In this document: positions 57,054 to 64,000 of the stretch, in pieces
Layout: each line of letters begins with the position of its first letter
How positions within the stretch are numbered: the first letter of the stretch is position 1
Assembly: GCA_035533295.1 (NCBI GenBank)
Contig: DATLUA010000014.1
Span: 28,534 to 92,533 of the forward strand
Length of the DNA: 64,000 nt
Source: Elusimicrobiota bacterium
GTDB taxonomy: Bacteria; Elusimicrobiota; Elusimicrobia; UBA1565; UBA9628
Reading direction: 5' to 3'
Position numbers and translations under genes: made by a program
The notes under the pieces: generated by a model
Database searches by the model: none
What the model saw: the letters and a program-made list of their open reading frames with translations, nothing else
What the model was told of the DNA's origin: nothing

Positions 57054-58349
57054 ATGAAAATCCTGGTCCGCAACATCGGGCAGCTCCTGACCCTGGCGGG
57101 TCCCAACGAGCCCCGGCGCGGCGAATTGATGGGCTCTTTGGGGCTCATCCGCGGGGGAGCGCTGCTGGTCGAGGACGGGACGATTCTCGCCGCGGGCCGC
57201 GAGGAGACAGTTTTACGCGCCGAGGGGGCGAGCCAAGTGGAAGTTGTCGACGCCGGCGGACGGGTCGTCTCTCCGGGCTTCGTGGACAGCCACTCCCACG
57301 CGCTATTCGCGGCCCCGAGGCTGTCCGATTTCGAGGCGCGGGCTTCGGGCAGGAGCTACGAGCAGATCGCGGCCGCGGGCGGAGGAATTCTCTCCTCGGT
57401 CAACGGCGTGCGGGGTTGCGTCGAGGAGGATCTCTCGCGCCTTTTGCGGGAGCGCGCCGAAAAATTCCTGGCCTGCGGGACGACCACGCTTGAGGTTAAA
57501 TCCGGCTACGGCTTGGAGCTTTCCTCGGAGCTTAAAATGCTGCGCGCCATAAGGAAGGCGGCGGAACAAACGCCCCTGGAAATCATCCCTACGTTTTTAG
57601 GCGCGCACGCGCTTCCCGCCGAGATGGCCGGCCGCCGGGACGACTATGTCCGCCGCGTCGCGGGCGAGATGCTTCAAGCCGTGGCGCGCGAAAAGCTGGC
57701 GCGCTTCGCCGACGTTTTCTGCGACGAGGGTTATTTTAGCGCCGAGGAGTCGCGCCAAGTGCTGGAAGCCGCGGCCAAGGCGGGGTTGGGCCTCAAAATT
57801 CACGCGGAGCAGCTTTCGCGCACGGGAGCCTCCGCTTTAGCCGCGCGCCTCAACGCCGTTTCCGTGGATCATTTGGATCGCGCCTCGGACGCGGACATCG
57901 AGGCGCTCTTGTCCGGGCCGACGATCGCGGCCTTGGTTCCCGGCTCGAACTATTTTCTGGGAACGGCTTACCCTCCCGCCAGGAAGCTCATCGACCGCGG
58001 CGCGGCGGTGGCCTTGGCCACGGATTTCAACCCCGGCACCTGCCCATGCTGGGACATGCGTCAAATTTTGTCCATCGCCTGCACGCAGATGAAGATGACC
58101 CCGGCCGAGGCCTGGGTCGCGGCCACCATCAATGGCGCTTGCGCCCTGGGCCTGTCCCGGACCCACGGCTCCTTGGAGCCCGGCAAAAAAGCCGACGCGG
58201 CGTGCTGGGACGCCGAAGATTACCGCGAAATTCCCTATTATTTCGGGGGAATGAGCGCCTTATGGACGATGAAGGCCGGGGACTTCGTCGCCGGCCGCGC
58301 CGCGGCCAAATGCGAGCTCGCGCATGAAAATTCTGCTCTTCGATCTTGA
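57054..58349 (+). CDS. hutI: imidazolonepropionase
   Basis: Amidohydrolase metal ligands (VDSHSHA, KIHAEQL, ATDFNPG) and overall HutI-like architecture over 431 aa. Confidence 0.85.
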   Translation: MKILVRNIGQLLTLAGPNEPRRGELMGSLGLIRGGALLVEDGTILAAGREETVLRAEGASQVEVVDAGGRVVSPGFVDSHSHALFAAPRLSDFEARASGRSYEQIAAAGGGILSSVNGVRGCVEEDLSRLLRERAEKFLACGTTTLEVKSGYGLELSSELKMLRAIRKAAEQTPLEIIPTFLGAHALPAEMAGRRDDYVRRVAGEMLQAVAREKLARFADVFCDEGYFSAEESRQVLEAAAKAGLGLKIHAEQLSRTGASALAARLNAVSVDHLDRASDADIEALLSGPTIAALVPGSNYFLGTAYPPARKLIDRGAAVALATDFNPGTCPCWDMRQILSIACTQMKMTPAEAWVAATINGACALGLSRTHGSLEPGKKADAACWDAEDYREIPYYFGGMSALWTMKAGDFVAGRAAAKCELAHENSALRS

Positions 58350-59019
58350 CGGCACCTTGGTGCGCGCGGGCGGGGCCGGCCGGGCGGCCTTGAACCGCGC
58401 TGTGCATCTGGTTTACGGCAAGAAGCGGGTCTGCGATGAGCTGAGCCTGGCCGGCCGCACGGATTTGCACAATTTTTCCGAGGCTTGCCGCTTGGCAACG
58501 GGCCGCAAGCCTACGCGGGCCGAGGTCAGGCGCCTGCACGACGAATACGTGCGGGTGCTTCCTTATTGTGTCCGCCGCGCCGTGGCCCGGGGAACCTATC
58601 TTTTAGCGCCCGGCGTCAAGGTTTTGCTCAAGCGCCTGTCCCGCGAGAAAGGCGTCATGCTGGGGCTGGGCACCGGGAACATGGAAAAAGGCGCCCGCAT
58701 CAAGCTGGCGCCCTCCGGGCTCGGGCGTTATTTTCTTTTCGGCGGCTACGGCTCGGACGCGTACCGCCGCCCCGCCATCCTCAAGAAGGCCGTGGCCCGG
58801 GCCGAGAAGGCCGCCGGGAAAAAAGCGCGGCCAAGCGAGGTCTACGTCATCGGCGACACGCCCTTGGATGTCGCCGCCGGCAGGAAGGCGGGATTTAAGA
58901 CCGCGGCGGTGGGCACGGGGTTCGCCCAGTGGCCGGATTTGGTCCGGGCCAAGCCGGATTTTCTGGCCCGGGATTTTAGGAGGATGACACGATGGCTCAA
59001 ATGGCTCAAGATTCAGTGA
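58324..59019 (+). CDS. HAD-superfamily hydrolase
   Basis: DxDGT motif I (LLFDLDGTLV), motif II Thr/Ser and GDTPLD motif IV. Overlaps hutI by 26 nt. Confidence 0.75.
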   Translation: MKILLFDLDGTLVRAGGAGRAALNRAVHLVYGKKRVCDELSLAGRTDLHNFSEACRLATGRKPTRAEVRRLHDEYVRVLPYCVRRAVARGTYLLAPGVKVLLKRLSREKGVMLGLGTGNMEKGARIKLAPSGLGRYFLFGGYGSDAYRRPAILKKAVARAEKAAGKKARPSEVYVIGDTPLDVAAGRKAGFKTAAVGTGFAQWPDLVRAKPDFLARDFRRMTRWLKWLKIQ

Positions 59020-60338
59020 CGCAAATTAAAACCGGCGGCGCCGAGGCCCTGGCCCAGGCCGCGACGGACGCATTTTCGCAGACCTCGGCCATGCCTTCCT
59101 ACGCGCGGGCGGAGATTCTAGCCAAGATCGCGGCCGCCATCGAGTCGGAGGCCGAGGCCTTCGCGCGGCTCATCACCGAGGAAGTCAAAAAACCCTTGAA
59201 GGAGTCGCGCCGCGAGGTGGCGCGCGCGATTTTCACCTTCAAGTGGGCCGGCGAGGAAGCCAAGCGCTTCGGCGGCGAGCTTCTGCCCCTGGATTTGGAC
59301 GAGGCCGGCCGCGGCCGCCAGGCGCTGACCCGCCGCGCGCCCTCGGGACCGGCGCTCTTCATCACCCCCTTTAATTTCCCGCTCAACTTGGCCGCGCATA
59401 AAGCGGCCCCGGCCATCGCCGTGGGCGCGCCCTTTGTCTTGAAGCCCGCCCCGCACGCGCCCAGGACCGCGGCCAAGCTCATCGCGGCGATCACGGGCGC
59501 CGGCTGGCCCAAGGACGCCGCGGGCCTGGCCATTGTCGATAACCAGGCCGCCGAGGCGTTGGCCAAAGACGAGCGCTTCGCGGTGCTGTCGTTTACCGGC
59601 AGCGCCGGCGTGGGCTGGCATTTAAAATCCATCGCGGGCAAGAAGCGCGTGCTCCTGGAGTTGGGGGGAAACGCGGCGGTCTACGTGGACGCGGGCGCGG
59701 ACGTGCCCTGGGCCGCGGCGCGCTGCGCCTGGGGATCGTTTTATTACTCGGGGCAGGTGTGCATCTCGGTGCAGAGAATCTACGCCGAGGAATCGGTCTA
59801 CGACCGCTTCAAGGATCTGCTGCTTAAGAATACGTCGGAATTGAAACTTGGCGACCCGGCGGACGAGAAGACCGACATCGGCCCGCTCATCTCGGAGGAC
59901 GCCGCCGCGCGCGTGGAGAGTTGGATCAAGGAAGCGGCCTCGGGCGGCGGAAAAATCTTGTGCGGCGGCAAGCGCCGCGGCGCCGTTGTCGAGCCCACGA
60001 TTGTGGAAAACGCGCCCGCGTCCTGTCGGCTCTCATGCGAGGAAGCCTTTGGCCCCGTGGCGACGCTGGAAAAAGTCGAGTCAAAGATTCATGCGCTCGA
60101 CAAAATGGCGGCGGGCCGCTACGGCCTGCAGGCCGGTATTTTCACCAACGACCTGTCTTTGGCCTTCGAGGCCTGGAACCGGCTTCCCGTGGGCGGCCTC
60201 ATCGTCAACGACATTCCCGCCTTCCGCTCGGACGCGATGCCCTACGGCGGCGTGCGCGATTCAGGCACGGGCCGCGAGGGCGTGCGCTACGCCATGGAGG
60301 AGATGACGGATTTAAAAACCTTGGTGCTCAAGCCGTAG
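58992..60338 (+). CDS. aldehyde dehydrogenase family protein
   Basis: Catalytic Cys context (YYSGQVCISVQR), Glu (LELGGNA) and FTGS NAD-binding motif. 448 aa. The start is ambiguous between 58992 and 59001. Confidence 0.8.
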   Translation: MAQMAQDSVTQIKTGGAEALAQAATDAFSQTSAMPSYARAEILAKIAAAIESEAEAFARLITEEVKKPLKESRREVARAIFTFKWAGEEAKRFGGELLPLDLDEAGRGRQALTRRAPSGPALFITPFNFPLNLAAHKAAPAIAVGAPFVLKPAPHAPRTAAKLIAAITGAGWPKDAAGLAIVDNQAAEALAKDERFAVLSFTGSAGVGWHLKSIAGKKRVLLELGGNAAVYVDAGADVPWAAARCAWGSFYYSGQVCISVQRIYAEESVYDRFKDLLLKNTSELKLGDPADEKTDIGPLISEDAAARVESWIKEAASGGGKILCGGKRRGAVVEPTIVENAPASCRLSCEEAFGPVATLEKVESKIHALDKMAAGRYGLQAGIFTNDLSLAFEAWNRLPVGGLIVNDIPAFRSDAMPYGGVRDSGTGREGVRYAMEEMTDLKTLVLKP

Positions 60339-61195
60339 AGGCGGCGCCTAGGACGTTGGCGTGTAGCGGTTCAGCCAATCTTGGACACTCTATTGCAGTA
60401 AAACAACGTGGCAAAGGCCGGATCGGATGGGTTGGAAAGTCATGCGGAGCGCCTGGAATTCGCGGGTTTGTGAGGAATGAAACGCAGTCTGCTGGGCTAC
60501 GGTGGCTCATTTAAGGAAGGGAGCCTGCAACCCCCTGGCGAGCCTCTTCCCAGCCCCCATTTGATTAGCTGGAAAGACGAATACCGGGCACCGGAGGCGC
60601 CCAGTACTGGGCCGCATAAGGAAAGATTATGTTGCGGCCCGGTAAAAGGCTGGCATTTGGCTATAGCCCAGCTATGATTTAGCTATAGCCGGGCACTCGT
60701 GTCCGGGGAAAATATGCCGGACAGCAGAAGTTGACGCAGATTCTCGCATAAAATAGCTCTTCTCCGTCGATTTAAGCCAAGCCGTCATTTTGGACCAGCA
60801 TTTGTTCGTGAAAAACGGAAAATTGGGACATCTTTCACCAGTCCTCTGCTTTCCACGTTTCCCGGACAGCAGGATTTAATGGCCAAAAAACGCTTATACC
60901 GTCATAAAACAGCCGATTTCATGGTTCAGGTCAACCACGCCATTCGTTCGCTTCAAAAGTTTTTCCGGACACCAGTGATAGCCGGGCTATAATTGGTGAC
61001 CTTCCCCCCGAAAACTAAGCCAATTGGAATTGGGGTTTTCTGGCCGGGTTTATAAAAGAAAAGGCCCCGGTTTCCCGGAGCCTTTCCCACCTCCGTCCTT
61101 CAATGTTCGTTATACCATCGCCTTGCCATTTTTCAAGGGGCGGTGTCGCGGACTTGCCTGCCTCGTCCCCAACGGCGGCAAGCAAGTCCTTGGCT

Positions 61196-61266
61196 CCGCG
61201 GGAGCAGGACTCGAACCTGCATCTGCCGTTTGAAGGACGGAGGTTTTACCGTTAAACTATCCCGCG
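61196..61266 (-). tRNA. tRNA-like gene with atypical anticodon loop (CCUUCAA, nominal anticodon UUC/Glu, C at position 33)
   Basis: The reverse complement folds as acceptor CGCGGGA/TCCCGCG (7 bp, perfect), U8 A9, D-arm GTTT-AACGGTA-AAAC, anticodon stem TCCGT/ACGGC (one U-C mismatch) and T-arm GCAGG-TTCGAGT-CCTGC. The discriminator is G. No CCA is encoded. Confidence 0.55.
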
Positions 61267-61374
61267 TGCCTATTCTTCATACCCATGAAAAAGCTCCATT
61301 TTCCCGAAGCCGGCGGTGCGCTGTCCGAATTGGTAAAATCTAGAACCATAAGGTTGAAGACAGGGAGACTGCCC

Positions 61375-62886
61375 ATGACCGCTTTAGTCGAGTGCGTGCC
61401 GAATTTTTCCGAGGGCCGGGACAAGGCCAAGGTGGAGGCCATCGTCGCCGCGGCCAAGGCCGTCGTGGGCGTGACCATCCTGGACGTCGAGACCGACGCG
61501 GACCACAACCGCTGCGTGCTCTCTTTCGTGGCGCCGCCCCAGGCCGCGGTGGAGGCGTGCTTCGCGGTGGCCAAGAAGTCGCGGGAGCTCATCGATTTGA
61601 ACGCGCACAAGGGCGAGCACCCGCGCATGGGCGCGGTCGACGTCATCCCCTTCATCCCGGTGCGCGGCGCATCGGCCGAGGACTGCGTCGCGCTCGCGCA
61701 GGCGCTGGCTCGGCGCATCGGCGAGGAATTGCAGATTCCAGCCTACCTCTATGACTTGGCCGCGCGCGTGCCGGAGAGAAAGGACTTGGCCGGCGTGAGA
61801 AAGGGCCAGTTCGAGGGCCTGCGAGATTTGATCGGCAAAGACCCGGCGCGCGCGCCGGACTTCGGGCCCAACCGCATCCATCCCACGGCCGGAGCCGTGG
61901 CCGTGGGCGCCCGTCGCCAAATCGTCAACTTCAATCTTAATTTAGACACGCGCGACATGGCCGCGGGAAAGGACATCGCCAAGCGCCTGCGCGCCTCGGG
62001 CGGCGGGCTGCCCTGCGTGCGCGGCAAGGAGATATTTCTGGAAAAGCGCGGGCAAGTCCAAATCTCCACGGTGCTGACCGACTACAGGGCCACCTCCATG
62101 CGCCGCGTTCTGGTCGAGGCCATGGCACTGGTCCAGGAGCACGGCGCCAAAATCGTCTCGACGGAGATAGTCGGCCTCTTGCCGCGCGAGGCGTTGGTCG
62201 ATTTCGCGATTGAGACCTTGACGCTGGAGAATTTCAATCCCGAGGTGCAGATTCTGGAAAATCGCCTTGAAGCGCTGGGGCTGGGCGCGGCCCCGGACGC
62301 CGCGCCGGCGGCAGCGCCCGGCTGGCTTGAGGCTTCGGACATCCTGTCGAAGGCTCTGGCCGACACCGAGCCAACGCCGGGCGGCGGCTCGGCCGCGGCC
62401 GCGGCCGGCGCCATGGGCTGCGCTTTGGGCGCGATGGCGCTGGGCATCAGCTTGAAGTCAAGGAAGCTGGACGCGGCCAAGCGTCCGGCCTTGGAGCGGG
62501 GGCTGCAAGAGATGGAGTGCGGCCGGAACGACTTTCAAAAACTCGCGGCCGAGGACGCCGAGTCCTTCGAGGGCTTCAAAAAAGCCCAGGCTCTGCCCAA
62601 GGAAAATCCGGCGCGCGCCGTCCAAATGCAGGAGGCCTTAGCCGCCGCGGCGGAGGTTCCCTTGCGCACCACCGCCGCCGCGCAAAAAAACCATGCGGCG
62701 GCCAAAACGCTCGCCGCCTCGGTGTCGCCGGCCGTGGTCTCGGACCTTAATTGCGCGCTGCACCTCTTGAAGGCCGCGGCCCTCTGCGCCGCCGAGAACG
62801 TGCGCATCAACACGTCCGGCTTGAAGGACCGCGAGAAGGCCCGCGCCTTGGACGCGCGGCTGGACTCCCTGCTGCAATCCGTCTGA
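61375..62886 (+). CDS. ftcD: bifunctional glutamate formimidoyltransferase / formimidoyl-THF cyclodeaminase
   Basis: N-terminal MTALVECVPNFSEGRD (formiminotransferase signature) and a C-terminal cyclodeaminase domain (GGGSAAAAAGAMGCALGAMAL). The ORF is trimmed from 61285 to the ATG at 61375, which has an AGGGAG RBS. Confidence 0.8.
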   Translation: MTALVECVPNFSEGRDKAKVEAIVAAAKAVVGVTILDVETDADHNRCVLSFVAPPQAAVEACFAVAKKSRELIDLNAHKGEHPRMGAVDVIPFIPVRGASAEDCVALAQALARRIGEELQIPAYLYDLAARVPERKDLAGVRKGQFEGLRDLIGKDPARAPDFGPNRIHPTAGAVAVGARRQIVNFNLNLDTRDMAAGKDIAKRLRASGGGLPCVRGKEIFLEKRGQVQISTVLTDYRATSMRRVLVEAMALVQEHGAKIVSTEIVGLLPREALVDFAIETLTLENFNPEVQILENRLEALGLGAAPDAAPAAAPGWLEASDILSKALADTEPTPGGGSAAAAAGAMGCALGAMALGISLKSRKLDAAKRPALERGLQEMECGRNDFQKLAAEDAESFEGFKKAQALPKENPARAVQMQEALAAAAEVPLRTTAAAQKNHAAAKTLAASVSPAVVSDLNCALHLLKAAALCAAENVRINTSGLKDREKARALDARLDSLLQSV

Positions 62887-62905
62887 CGGACTGCCCGCGG
62901 TTTCT

Positions 62906-64000
62906 ATGCGTTCTATTCTGAGCCGGGTCTGGCTCATTCTTCTCTGCCGCGTGCTCATGTCCGCGGGCTACTCACTGGCCTTTCCCTATTTTGCCGTTTA
63001 CCTGAGCCGGGAGCGGAGCGTCTCCTTGGAACTTATCGGCGCCGCGATGGCGGCAAGCCTTCTGGTTTCGGCGCTGGCCCAGATTCTGGGCGGACGCGCC
63101 GCGGACAAGCTGGGCCGCCGGCCCGTGATGCTGGGCGGCGTTTTGGCGCGCGCCGCTTTTATTTTGGCGCTGGCCTTCGCCGTGCGCGCGGGCTCAAGCT
63201 TCGTTCTTTTAATGGCGCTTCATTTCGCCGGCAGCTTCGCGGCGGGGTTTTTCGACTCGTCCTCGGACGCCTGGGTCTCCGACTGGTTTCCCGAAAGCGA
63301 GCGCCTGCAGGCTTTTAGCTGGCTGCGCACGGGCGGCAATCTGGGCTGGGCCCTGGGGCCGGCGCTGGGAGGCTTGTTCATGAGCGGCGCGGGCTACGCG
63401 GCGCTTTTTTTCTGGACCGCGGCCGTCTACGCCGTCTGCTTTGTCCTTCTCTGGACCATGCTGCAAGAATCTCACGCGAGCGGAGTTGCGGCCGTCCCCG
63501 ATGCGCGGACGGGAATGACCCAGGCCATCGGGGACTCCAAGCTTTGGATTCTGGGCGCCGGCACGGTGCTTATCGGCGTGGTCATGTCCCAGTTGATCAC
63601 GCCGCTTTCGCTCTACGCCGTGGATTTCCTGCGCCTGAGCGCCCTGCAGCTGGGCCTGCTTTTTTCCTTGAACGGCGCCATCGTGGTCTTGTTCCAGATT
63701 CCGCTCTCGCGCTTGGGACGAGACGTCAAGTTGAGCGTCTTTCTCTGCGGCGGTTGCCTGCTCTACGCCTTGGGCTACGCCTCGTTGTCCGTGTTGGCTC
63801 GGCCGGACTTAATCGCCCTGGCCATCGCGGTCGTCACTTTCGGCGAGATTTCAGCGAGCCCCGCTTTGAACGCCGTGGCGGCCAACCTGGCCTCGGAGGA
63901 AACTCGCGGCACTTATCTGGGCGCCCTGCGCTTTTTTAGGCAAATCGGCTGGGCGCTGGGCCCGTGGCTGGGCGGTCTCGGCTTGGCGCGCTGGGGCGGC
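62906..64000 (+). CDS. MFS transporter (3' partial, runs off window)
   Basis: Open frame from the ATG at 62906 to the window end. Multiple TM helices and MFS motif A-like sequences (GGRAADKLGRRPVM; RLGRDVK). Confidence 0.75.
   Translation, partial: MRSILSRVWLILLCRVLMSAGYSLAFPYFAVYLSRERSVSLELIGAAMAASLLVSALAQILGGRAADKLGRRPVMLGGVLARAAFILALAFAVRAGSSFVLLMALHFAGSFAAGFFDSSSDAWVSDWFPESERLQAFSWLRTGGNLGWALGPALGGLFMSGAGYAALFFWTAAVYAVCFVLLWTMLQESHASGVAAVPDARTGMTQAIGDSKLWILGAGTVLIGVVMSQLITPLSLYAVDFLRLSALQLGLLFSLNGAIVVLFQIPLSRLGRDVKLSVFLCGGCLLYALGYASLSVLARPDLIALAIAVVTFGEISASPALNAVAANLASEETRGTYLGALRFFRQIGWALGPWLGGLGLARWGG

Noticed and set aside
60477-61233. Small ORFs of 66 and 69 aa in the AT-rich non-coding region
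   Set aside because: No RBS, low-complexity translations (Pro/Gly-rich), and they overlap the palindromic repeats. They are more likely non-coding.
61196-61266. Possibility that the second tRNA is tRNA-Sec (UCA visible in loop region CUUCAAA)
   Set aside because: Placing UCA as the anticodon breaks the anticodon-stem pairing. The gene is ~71 nt with a 4-nt variable loop and a 7-bp acceptor stem. It does not have the ~90-nt length, long variable arm or 8-bp acceptor stem of tRNA-Sec.
1-64000. CRISPR arrays, transposases, integrases, phage genes
   Set aside because: No direct-repeat/spacer periodicity and no DDE, tyrosine-recombinase or phage structural motifs were seen in any translated frame. 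The only repeat-bearing tract is the non-coding region at 60339-61195.

Overview
GC-rich bacterial chromosomal segment. Housekeeping genes flank a roughly 42.5-kb island (about nt 12116 to 54616) that is unusually dense in radical SAM (rSAM) enzymes. Left flank: speA (5' partial), era, a DUF1543-like small protein, an SPFH/band-7 protein, hemW, a single-domain response regulator, valS, tRNA-Cys and kpsF. Right flank: mutM, a rhodanese, a PLD-like protein, hutI, a HAD hydrolase, an aldehyde dehydrogenase, a second tRNA-like gene, ftcD and a partial MFS transporter. Within the island I read 16 canonical CxxxCxxC motifs in 15 proteins. These comprise four cobalamin(B12)-binding-domain rSAMs plus one B12-rSAM fused to a second rSAM/SPASM domain, six other rSAM/SPASM proteins and five tandem paralogs of a small roughly 320-aa rSAM family (two with Cys/Gly-rich N-terminal extensions). 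There is also one degenerate CxxxHxxC B12-rSAM paralog. Interspersed are three SGNH-hydrolase paralogs, TPR and Sel1 repeat proteins, an MBL-fold hydrolase, a beta-helix protein, a nucleotidyltransferase-like protein, four GT2 or GT2-like glycosyltransferases, one GT4 glycosyltransferase and a TMTC-like TPR membrane protein (putative GT-C). The island consists of a 24-kb plus-strand operon (12116-35865), a convergent 10.6-kb minus-strand operon (46426-35846) and a GT-rich block (46492-54616). Many genes are joined by ATGA, GTGA or TTGA stop/start overlaps. I found no convincing precursor-peptide ORF, transposase or CRISPR array. The combination of rSAM, SPASM and B12 enzymes with GT, SGNH and TMTC enzymes and no peptide suggests a heavily radical-tailored glycoconjugate, lipid or envelope product rather than a classical RiPP. 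It could also be a RiPP system whose precursor lies elsewhere. All functional calls come from motif reading of the translations; no database searches were run.
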